The position numbers and the translations under genes are program-made. From the human T2T-CHM13v2.0 reference genome, Homo sapiens: a stretch of DNA of 64,000 nucleotides. The notes under the pieces were generated by a model that worked only from the letters and a program-made list of their open reading frames with translations, did no database searches and had not been told where the DNA came from. Positions 16,085-28,163 of this stretch are shown one piece after another. The stretch's first letter is position 1, and each line of letters opens with the position of its first letter. The stretch lies in the NCBI RefSeq assembly GCF_009914755.1, contig NC_060940.1; one strand, written 5' to 3'.

Positions 16085-17986
16085 ATTTTAACCACTTTAA
16101 AGCATCCAATTCAGTGGCTTTAAGGACACTCACAATGTTGTGCCATCATCGCTACTATCTAATTTCACCACTCCAACGAGAACTCCCGTCCTCAAGAACA
16201 GTCACTCCCCATTCTCCACCCCATTCCCCCAGGCCCTGGCAGCCACTCTTCCACTTTCTGTCTCTATGGATTGGCCTGTGCTGGACATTTCATTGAAATG
16301 GACTCATATGCTATGTGGCCTCTGCGGTCTGGCTTTCACTCAGCGTCACATCTCCAAGGATCATCCCTGCTGCCGCATGTGCGGGTCACCACTTCATTCC
16401 TTTTATGGCTGAACAGCACTCCATTGCATGGAGAGAGCACATTTTGCTTATCAGTGCATCAGTTGATAGACATTTGGGATCCTTCCAAAATGGGGTGATT
16501 TCACGCCTCCCTTATCAGTTGACCATGATGACTGAAAGTGAAAGCTACAAAACCCACCTAGCCCATCAGGGTGGAACCTCCAACCTAAAGCTCCTGACAC
16601 AGGGCGGGGCTGCCAGGTGGCCACAGCGCACAGGAAACGAGACTGGTGCAAGAGATGGCAGTTCCTCACTTGTAAGGTGCAAAGTGCGCAGCCACAGGCG
16701 GCTGGTGCAGACTTGGAGTGTGGGGGAGCAGCGCTTTAGCTCGAGAGCATTTCTCAGCAGTCCCCGTGGTGTCTGGGAAGCCAGGGCTCTGTTTTGAGGA
16801 GTGTCGTCAGAGCATCAACACCAAAGTGCTTAATTAAATGGCAGCCTTGACCTGAGGGGGAGGAGGGGCTGAACATCCGCCTCCGACTGCATTTCACAAG
16901 CAAAAGAACACGGTGAGTGTGTTTCCATGGTAACCGCTCTCGGGTTCCCATTTCCACATTGGTCAGCCCGGACTTGGATCCAAACTACCCATCCCTGGCC
17001 CAAGCCTCCATGGAGGTAAGTTACCAGCCCTGCTTTGGGCCAACGCAGTTTTTGGGGACCTCAACCATGTGTTCAGCCCAGGGCCAAGGCTTCGGGCTGA
17101 GCCAGCTCTCCCAGCCTCTCTCTCTTCTCAGTGTCGCCCCCTCCCACGGCTCTGGCTGGCTCCTCTGCGGAGCTCCATGGCTTTTCCAGCGTCTGCCCTC
17201 TCTGCTGGCTGCCAAGTGCCTCCACATGCCGGCCATGCTCTGCGCACCTCCAACCCTCCACATCCACCCTTCCCCTCTTTCAGACCTCCCCAGGTCTACC
17301 TTGGGCAACACCCTTTGCCCCCGGAGGGTCACAGATTCTTGTTGAAGAACCACAGGCATTGTCCCTGTGTCCCAAGTACCAGCCCAGGGCCTGGCACAAG
17401 ATAGATGTACAATAAGTAAGTCACACCCACAACCCCAAGGACACTGGGAACCTTCCAGAACCACAGCCTGATGTCATTTAAATGATCGTGGGGGAGCGGG
17501 GTAAAGAGGGACGTGGTTTGCTAGGTGACTGCTGCGTGCTTATCCGACAATGGTTTGGTCAACAAGATTGCTGACAGGCCTGTTTTTGAAAATCCGAGTC
17601 ACGTTATGCTTACAAATGTTTGCTGCTAGAGATCTGGCACGACAGTGACGGGTCAGCTGAGTCGGAGACGGAAAACCTGTTGGTCTGCGCACCGTTTTTG
17701 CAGCTGCCCGGCAGACTGGAGGCCTCTCCCCAACCCTGCTCACCCTGAAGGAGGTTCTCGGTCCCTTTTGACCTCACACTGGGCAGTGGAAGGGGAATCG
17801 CTAGTTCTTCATCCCTGGTTCAGTTACTTTCCCTCTTCTGAACAAATTGGGTCCACAAACCCCAGTGGCAGTCACAGCCCCACATCAGCAGTGGGGAGCC
17901 CTAGGCTCCCTCGTCTATGTCGGGCTATTGTCACTCCTGTACGCGGGAACACTGGCATATCTACTAAAGGGCACAGAGAAACGCTG

Positions 17987-18275
17987 TCATGTATATATTA
18001 GTGTGACATGTGTGTGCGTATATATTTGTGTATGTGTATATATACATATATTTGTGTGTATAATATGTGTCTATATGTGTACAGGTGTGTTTGTATATGT
18101 GTGTATATACATACATTTGTGAGTACAGGTGTATATATGTGTGTATATATATTCATGTATTTGTGTATGTGTGTTATATATACTTGTATGTGTATGTGTG
18201 TGTTATATATATACATGTATGTGTATGTGTATGTGTGTTATATATACATGTATGTGTATATGTGTGTGTGTATGC
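17987..18275 (+). repeat. Degenerate (TATGTG)n / (TG,TA)n simple repeat
   Basis: Seen directly. Confidence 0.93.
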
Positions 18276-19263
18276 ACTAAGACGGCAAAACTGCCCAGAA
18301 GAAGGTTGGTACCTGGGCTTTCCATCACCCTCACTGTGCCACTTGGTCCCCAACAGGGCCAATGGTCCATCTCTTCAAACTGAAGCTGAGAGTCCAGGTC
18401 TAGGCAGAGGAGACAGGGAGACTGGGCAACCCCAGTGGGGGACGGGGGACCCAGGACTTCACCCAAACACAGGTACCAGAGACAGATGCCATGAGCTCCT
18501 TCTGCTGGAGCCCTCAGCACAGGGGAGTGGTCTATACCCTTAACCTTCTCTGCAATGTCCAGGGTGCAAGTTCAAATTCCAGAATCCTTTAGAAACTTAC
18601 CCCCACATGTACTAGCCTTGTGACCCAGCCCAGAGTCCTGAATGTCTCTAAGCCTCAGTTTCCTCATCCACAAAATGGGTCAAATACTTACCTCATAAAG
18701 TGGTTGGGAGGATTACATGAAAAAGAAATGAGATCTGAAGGGTTGGCTGATGGGAATCATTGCTGATTTTTGACCCCCAACACCTCTCCAGTGAAACTGC
18801 CCTCAGGGGTCCACAGGGGCCTCCTAATTGCCAAAGCCAACAGCATCTTCTCCATGCCCACTGGTGGCGTTTCACGCCATTATCAATTCTGCCCTCCTTG
18901 AACCTCTCCCTTCCCACGGCACCCAGGGCATGGTGCCATCTTGGTTCTCAGAGCACTGATCCCGCCTTCTACTTTCTCCCCGGCTCTTCCACCCCCTCTG
19001 TCTCCACACACACACTCCCCAGGGTTCCACCTCATCCTCTCCTTTCCCCTGACACTCTCTCCCTGGGAGATCTCAGCTACCACCACAGAACACTGACGCA
19101 CCAGCCCCTGCCCTCACAACTCTCCACTGCTCTGTCCTTAACAAGGTGGACAGAGTCTGCCCTCTGTTTCTCGCCATTTCCTGGCACCTCGCACCCCTTA
19201 CACACAACTGTTCGCTAAGGCAATCTGGAGCACTTAGAAGAGCACAAACTCCAGAGATCAGCC

Positions 19264-19318
19264 AGCCAGGGCCGCATCCCAGCCAGGGCCGCATCCTAGC
19301 AGGGGCCGCATCCCAGCC
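19264..19318 (+). repeat. 17-bp minisatellite AGCCAGGGCCGCATCCC, about 3 copies
   Basis: Units at 19264-19280, 19281-19297 and 19298-19314. Confidence 0.9.
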
Positions 19319-19717
19319 GGCTTCCTTCTAGCTATGGAACATCAGATGAGGGTGCTTCATGCTCTGAGCCTCAGCTGTTCCAGCTGTAGAATGGGGACCA
19401 CTTTCTGCATCCAGCTCTGGGTTTCAGAGTGAGGCACTCCGAGGCACACAGTCACGGAGTCACTCCTTCTGTGAGTCTTTCTTGAGGAGAGATGGAAGAC
19501 AGTGAAGGTCTGAGAGGTAACTGAGCCCCAAGTCTACTAAGCACTTATGAGGGGCCAGTCCCCACTCTAAGAATCTGCACACTGCAGATTCTTCTCCTCT
19601 GTGAGGGCAGCACAGATCGCAGTCCCATTTCACAGATGAAGAAACTGAGGCTTGGAGAGGTGAAGTGAGAATGAGCCACACAATCCTCCCTGCCCGCTGC
19701 AGAGCTGCTGAAGTCCA

Positions 19718-19902
19718 CAGCAGCAGTTCTCAAAGTGTGGTCCTCGGACCAGCAGCACCACAGCACCCGGGAACTTATTAGAAATGTGGGTACTCAGGCT
19801 CCACTCAGCCCTACTGATCCAGACGCTGGGAGTGGAGCTCTGAAACTGTGCTCGAATGAGCCCCAGGGTGATTCTGAGGCTGCCAAACCTTGAGACCCAC
19901 TG
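19718..19902. mobile_element. MER5A-like hAT-Charlie element
   Basis: Starts cagcagttctcaaagtgtggtcc and ends tgagacccactg. Confidence 0.8.
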
Positions 19903-22599
19903 ACTTAGAGGAAGAGGTGGAGAAGAGGAAATGGTGAGAACTCACTGCTGGGAGAGGGGACGAGACAAAGGTCTCAAGGGCAGAAAAGCTGAAGTGCTCA
20001 GAGTTCAGCCCCCACGCCCTCCTTGCTGCCTGTCTGCCTTTTATTTTAAGCAAATGACTGCATGAAGCAGCTTCCTGCAGAGTCCGTGGTTCCTGAGCAC
20101 GCCCATCAAAGACCACCAGGACAGTCCCTCCAGTGCTCCCTCCCCAAAATCCCACACCCCAAGAGAGGGAACAGCCATCATGAGCAAGAGAGCTACTGAC
20201 TATCAGCCCTGGGTACCAGGAGGCCTTTCTGCCTGTGCTGCCTCTAGCTCCTCTGCTTGCCCATAAGCCACGAGGATTCAGATGCATATCATAGCATCAC
20301 ACTGAGCCCCATCTCAGGGCTGCCGTCACTGAGGATACAGCAAGGTCAGGAGCCCCATCCTGAGGACGGTGGTTTCCTTCTGGTCGGTGTCATGCACTCA
20401 GAGCCCAGGCCAATTGCACGCTGGATGTCCCTGATTTGAAGACTATGGATGCCCTCCCCTTCCCACCCAGAGAGAGTCTTGTTCATGAAAAGACACAGCT
20501 GTTATGTTTAACGTTAATAAAACTTCACTCTCAAAAGAGCCGGACCCTTCCTTCCACTGGTCTATGAAGCCTCATCAGAAGCCAATGATGGAGCTTTGGC
20601 TCCTGGAAAGGACCCGTGGGGACCTAGAAGCCCCAGGCAGGGCCCTGAAGGTAGGTAAAGGGAGCCTCAGTCCAATGCCCAGGTCATCTCTTCAAGGTTC
20701 TCTGCCTTCATTTACTAAGTAAGTTCATCTGTGTCAACAAATCAGCATCCTAACGTTCTCAGGATACCGCCTGGCGCAGAGCTGTGAACTCAGCAGCCGG
20801 CCCTGGTGGCTGTTACATGCTCTTTTCTCTGGCCTTTCCCTCTCCTGGCTCTCCTCTGACCTTTCCCCTGGGTCCTGGAGGTGCCTTTACGCCTCTCCCA
20901 CCTCCTCCCCATCTGTGCCTCCTCCTCCCCTTCTCCCCCCCAACCCCCCCCCACCAACCCCGACCTCTCTGGAAGAGAGAGGGATGGGGCAGGGAAAGGC
21001 CAGAGGGGGTAAAGGAGAGACAGTGGGGGTGGGAAGGACCACACAAGGAGACCAAGCAGGAGACCAAGCGGGAGAACCAAGTGGGGGCGGCGGGGACCAA
21101 GCGGCAGGGGTGGGGGGGAGCAAGCAGGGGGGGTCCAAGCGGGGTCGGGGGTGATCAGGCTGGAGCTGCTGGGCAGTCAAAGGGATGGGGATGTGGGAGA
21201 AAACCCAGTGACAACAGAAACAGAGGATGACCACAAAGGGGCTAGGGAGGGGGGTAAAGGCAAGAATTACCTGTAATCACCAAAGCCACCAGGATGAGCC
21301 GCTCTAATAACTCCCCAAAAGTTACAAACGGCATATGGTCCCCACTAAGCTCTGAAGGCTTGCCCCTCCCCCCCTTCCCCCTCCCACCCAAACTTGAAAT
21401 CTCAGGCTCAGGTCAGCACTGAGGAAGAGATTCTGGCCAGGCACCCAGTGTTCTCACCAGGGCGGCCCCCACCCAGGATCCACATTGACTGGGGGCCTCT
21501 GCCTTTTCCCCAAAGAGATTCTAGTCTCCTCTGCGTATCGCCAAAGCCAGTCCTGGCTGGAGGACCAAACCCCCGAGGAAGGAGGATCTGCTATGGGTCG
21601 AGCACTGTGTAACTTTCTTAACACTTTTGCAAATGTTTTGAACAACCTTTTTTCATTACAAAAACACATACTAGGTGTAGAATAATGAGAAACACAAAAA
21701 AGCAAAATGAAGAAATTAAGGATCCCCCACCACCCTAGAAACTTTTTAGCGTAAGTCCTTTGGATCTTTTCAGCTACTTTCACATCTGTCTGGGTCTTGT
21801 TATGGCCCCAGCACTGATCACCATGCCAGGCATGTCATAGGCACCTTATACGTTATCTGTGGGCCAATGGAAAGAAAAAAGAATCATTTCAGAATTTCCA
21901 CCCAACACTGAACTTTAGAGCAAGGCCAAAGAAAGGGGGAAGGGGAGGACAGGAGGAAGTTGCCCCAGAGAGCGGCAAGATTGCAGCTCACTCTAAAGCT
22001 GCCCTAACTTTACAGAGACTCCGGAGAGGTTATGCAAACACGGCTCAGGAAGGGAAAAAACAACCCACACACCAAAAAGCTGAGCTGTCAGCTTCCACCG
22101 AGGGAGCTCCCTGGAGTGAGGATGAAAGGAAATGGGAAAGAATTCTTACATCCTGCTGCCCAGAGCAAGGGGACAGCTGGGCAGTCGCCATGGCAGCGGC
22201 TGGCTTCTAGCAGGCTGCTAAGGGGAGAGAGGGCAAGGCTGGGGAAGGAGAAATGTCTTCTTGCCACCAAAGAGGAAGGAGGGCTCAGTGGCCGCCCACG
22301 TCTGTAAGAGGGAGGGGGCCTGAGGCTGGGGCTGGAAGGGGCCAGGTTCGTTGCTGAAGTTGAAGGGAGAGCTCTCATTACTAAGAGGCCTGATATCACT
22401 ATACCACTTGCTGTCTTTTTTCAGAGTGACTTTCCTAACTCCCTGCAGTTGACAAAAACAAAACCAAACCAAAAACACCCTCCTGTCCTGCTCAAAAAAC
22501 TTTGCAAAAGTATTAAAAAGTGTAAAAACTGAAACCCATTACTCTGTTTATTTCTAAACTCCTTTTGGTTTATTCCTTATAGGGCATGAATAAAGGCTC

Positions 22600-22898
22600 T
22601 TTTTTTTTTTTTTTTTGAGACGAAATCTCGCTCTGTTGTCCAGCCTGCAGTGCCGTGGCACGATCTCAGCTTACTGCAACCTCCGCCTCCTGGGTTCAAG
22701 CGATTCTCCTGCCTCAGCCTCCTGAATAGCAGGGATTACAGGCACCTGCCACCATGCTCGGCTAATTTTTGTAGTTTTAGTACAGACGGGCTTTCACCGT
22801 GTTGGCCAGGCTGATCTCGAACCCCTGACCTCAGGTGAACTGCCCGCCTCAGTCTCCCAAAGAGCCAGGATTACAGGCGCGAGCCACTGCGCCCGGCC
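22600..22898 (-). mobile_element. Alu (AluS-like), TSD AAGGCTCT
   Basis: Antisense Alu. Confidence 0.9.
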
Positions 22899-23749
22899 AA
22901 GGCTCTGTTTCTTTATGTGATCCGCATTGTGTGGGTATCTGCGTGTAGGCACATTGTTTCTGCATTGGAGCTCACACTGTAAATGCGGTTTGATATCCCA
23001 CGCAGGAGACTCCTCAAATGATCCCCGATTCATTGCATTTTCACTAGGTGTGAATGACCCAGCTTTCCTAGCTTGACAGAGAACATAAGAAAATGAAGTA
23101 CAGGATGGCCAGAGAAAAAGAAAGATGATTACTTCGGCAGAACCTCCAGGGTATAAGCTGATCTGGATACCCAAATTAAACCGAGAGCTAAAGGTTTTCC
23201 CCCTATGACAAAGCACTAGCACTTTCTTTCATGATAATTCTCTACTTCCTTAAATGGGAGTTAGTGTGTTAGACCTGACTCCACCCTCTGACTTAGAGAA
23301 GAGTGGCTGTAAAGCAGTCCCTGGAGGCTCTGAGGACCTTATTACAGTATCTATAGCATCTATAAGGAGACGCTGCGCCACTGAGGGGTTCAGCGTCTGG
23401 CTCCCAATCACTGAACAGCCCTGGCACACACTGCTTTATACTCTTGTGTCTGCTTTTCACTGTTGTGCTGCCTCTTCCATCGCTGTGGGTTGGTTATTTG
23501 ACAAACACTTACTGACAATCTGTGATACAGGGATTTTGCTGAAAATGCAATCCCTACCTTCAAAAAATATACAGTCTACCATAGCAAACAAAAATGTAGT
23601 GTGTGAATACCATGAAATTACTGCTATGGCAAAGAGTTGTGACTGGCAGTTACAGGAGCATCAAGGAAAGAAGGAAATCCGCTCTGCCTGGGCAGCTGTG
23701 ACCAGGACTGGCTTTGCAGAGGAGGTGATGTTTGATTAGGGTCTTTTTC

Positions 23750-24040
23750 TTTTATCCCCCCGAGACGGAGTCTTGCTCTGTCACCCAGGCTGGAGTGCAG
23801 GGGCACAATCTCGGCTCATGCAACCTCCGCCTCCCGGGTTCAAGCAGTTCTCCTGCCTCAGCCTCCCGAGTAGCTGGGATTACTGGCACGCTCCACCACA
23901 CCCAGCTAATTTTTGTATTTTAATATAGACCAGGTTTCACCATGTTGGCCAGGCTGGTCTCGAACTCTTGACCTCGTGATCCCCCCATCCTGGCCTCCCA
24001 AAGTGCTGGGACTACAGGCATAAGCCACCGCACCCATCCT
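23750..24040 (-). mobile_element. Alu
   Basis: Antisense Alu; TSD-like GAT(T/C)AGGGTCTT. Confidence 0.9.
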
Positions 24041-24284
24041 GATCAGGGTCTTGAAGGATGACTCAGAGTTCCTCCAGAGAACAGGGTAAGGACAAAGAGG
24101 GTTCTTGTTGACAATTTGAGAGGGAGATTGTGACAGAACTCCAGACAAAGCAACAGCCTCTGCTGGCAAGTTCAAAACGCCTTCCTCCACCAGCCCTTCT
24201 CTCTTTTTCCGACTCACCACAAGCCAGAAGGGCATATGATGCAGCTGATGATAACTGTGTGCAAACTAAGAGCTTAAAGGCTCA

Positions 24285-24710
<426 letters not shown>

Positions 24711-24739
24711 ATAAAACCAATTCTTTGTCAGGATTTTTA

Positions 24740-25246
<507 letters not shown>

Positions 25247-26219
25247 TCACATGCACCAAGAACGGTAGCCCAGAGGGACGCAGCTGGCTTGAAACCTCAG
25301 CGGCATGAGAGCCTGGAGACCAGGGTTCAGGTCCTGGCTCTGCCCCTTTCCTCCCACGTAACAATGGCCCAGCGACTTCCCCTCTCTGCCCCCCAGTTCC
25401 CCGGAGGCCTCTCCATCTCTGCCTGAGAGCCCCTGGTTGGTGGGGGCAGACTCGCAGCCGGTTTTCCTTCCCCGTGGACTTCAACAACACTCCAGCCCGC
25501 AAGCCTGCGCACACCAGCCCCCACGGGGACAGCTGACTCACTTTACTCTTCTACGGATTCACTTATTCATTACCCCATGCAACATCCGAGGCAGAACCTC
25601 CCCTCTTCCCAAAGGACTGAGGCAACGAAGTGTGACTCAGCCAGGGCTCTGCGCCAGGCTCTGAGTGAACACACTGGAAACCCGGCCGTGGGTACAACAC
25701 GGCGTCACAGCTCTGCCGTAAACACAGGGGGACCCACTGAGAGCCCAGGGGACCAGCAAGCCTCCCCCTGGAGGTCTCCTCATCGGTGACACAGCACGTT
25801 GATCCTCATCAGCCAGCTGAGGGGGTGATGCCCTGGGAATCGGGCCTGGCACCCAGGAAGTGTTGGGAAGCGCTAGGTGATGATAAGGACAAGGCGGCCT
25901 TGGGACCAACGGTGACAATGGCAACAGACTATGAAGCGAATGGAGGCAGTGGGGGAGCCGGGAGTTCAGAGGGGAGAGGCAGGGCTGTGCTCAGGGAAAA
26001 GGGCTGCTCAGGGCCTGTGGGGTTGGCGCATCATGCCTGGGGACCCAGAAGAAGTGGCAGAATAAGACCCTGCCCAGCTGGGAATGAGCCACAGAAAGGG
26101 CCAAGGCAAAGTTCTAGGAGGACATGAAACAAAAGTGATCAGAATAAAATGCGCACTGCTCCAGGAAAACCCAGAGGCCTCACATGGCTCCCGGGGCCAC
26201 TGCACCCTGGGCCCTGCCA

Positions 26220-26630
26220 GCTACCCACCTCCCCCTACTTTCTACCCGCCACTCCCCACCCACCTCCCTCCCTGATGGCCCCCACCCCATGCTCCCCACT
26301 CCCTACTACCCCCGCAACTCCCCTCTCCCTCCCGCTGCCCCACCACGGCCCAACCCCATACTCCCCAACCGCCTTCTCACCCATGCTCCCCTCCCACTCC
26401 CCACCCATGCTCCCTGCTCCACAGCCCTCACCCCATGGCCCCCACCTACACTACCCCCTACTCCCCAACCCCTGCGCTCCCCATCCACACTCACCGGCCA
26501 TAGCCCTCATGCCACGGTCCCCACCCCCTGCTCCCCACCCCACACTCACCCTCCACAGCCCTCACCCCCTGCTCTCCACCCTCACTCCCCACCCACGCTC
26601 CCCTCCCACGGCCCCCACCCCATGGCCCTA
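26220..26630 (+). repeat. C-rich low-complexity tract with degenerate CCCCACCCCATG(G/C)-like units
   Basis: Seen directly. Produces Pro-rich spurious ORFs. Confidence 0.85.
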
Positions 26631-27672
26631 CTAGGTTCCTGTCCTCCTGCCCACCCAGGAGCCTCATCCTCCTTTTTTCTTTATGCTTTTTCATCCTAAG
26701 ATATGATTTACACAGCATGAACTGCACCCTGTGAAAGTGGACATTTCAGTGGGTTTCGGTCCATTCACAAGGTTGTGCATGGTGATGCACCCCACTGAGC
26801 TCTCCCAGCACGAGTGCCCAGCAGACCGTGAGTGCTCAGTTTATATGTGTTGGGGGGATGAGTGATCAAAGTCACCCAGGAAGAGAGTGTGGTGTTCCCA
26901 AGAATGGGCCACACAGCAGCCAGGTTTGGCCAAATCCAGAGAGCTGCAGGGTGGACACAGCCCTCTCTCTGTCCCTCTGTTAGGCAGGGGCCCAGAGGGG
27001 GCTGTGGCTGTAGGGGTCACACAGGGGCCGCCAGGAGCCTGGCTCTTTGCATCTCAAGCCAGGTTCTTTTCACCCCTCCCCCAGCTCCAGCTGACCCCTG
27101 GCCCGCCTGAAGCAGCAGCAGCTTTTATTTGCAAGCCATGAACAATACACTCCATTTTATAAGCAGCGTAGAATTCTAGCCAGAAACGGGGAGAAAAGTG
27201 CTTCCGGGTCAGAGCAGACCTCCAAAGGCGAGCCCTGCAGGCAAAAGTAGGGAAATCGGGATTTCCTGGGAAAGTCTCTCCAGGGCAGGAGGGAACACTC
27301 GGGTTCAGGAATTAAGGAGCATTGCTCCCCAGACACACGCACAGGCTTTCTGTGTCAACAACAATGGCAGAAATGGCCTCTAAACAACAGTGGCCTCTAA
27401 ACACTTCCCACGGCCCCCCATGGCCTGGGCCTGGGCCTTAGGTCTGCCCCACGGTGTTCCACAGAAGAGCCTCCCGTGGTCTTCCCTTCTTGTTTCACAA
27501 AGATTTTACATTGCAAGCTGGGGTGCAGGGGGTGTCAGGAGTGGGGGCGAGAAGCACACACGCCAGGTAAGAATTGCAGCCTGGCCTGCGTACTGCCTCG
27601 GCTGTGAAATGGGATAACAACAGGGCCCGCGATGCTGGGTCACTGGGCATATTAAATGAAATCACAAGTGAC

Positions 27673-28163
27673 TGCGGCAGGCAAAACAACGGCCCCTAAG
27701 ACATCTATGTCCTAAACCCCAAAACTGTGAATATGTCCCTCACATGGCAAAAGGGCTTTGAGGGTGTGGTTAAGGTAAGGATCCTGAGATGGGAGATTCT
27801 CCTGGGTTATCTGGGTGACACCCACGTGATCACTGCAGTCCTTAAATGGGGAAGGGTGGGGAAGAGGGCCAGAACCAGAGAGCTGGCATCATGAGGACTC
27901 GACCTGCCAGTACTGGCTTTGAAGACAGAGGAAGTGGCCACAAGCCAAAGAATGCAGGCAGTCTCTGGAAGCACAAGAAGGCAAGAAAATGGATTCTCCC
28001 CTGGAGCCTCCAGGAGAAAGCAGCCCTGTCCACACCTGGATTTTAGTCCTGTGAGGCTCATGTCAGACTTTTGACTTGCAGAACTATAAGATGATGCATT
28101 TATGTTGTTTTAATTCACCAAGTTTGTGGTCATTTGTTACAGTGGCCATAGGAAAGTAACACA
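27673..28163. mobile_element. MLT1 (MaLR) solo LTR
   Basis: TG...CA termini with MLT1-type ends; near-perfect 5-bp TSD GTGAC/ATGAC. Confidence 0.82.

Noticed and set aside
17998-18543. Tyr/Val/Cys/Ile-rich ORFs
   Set aside because: Simple-repeat translations.
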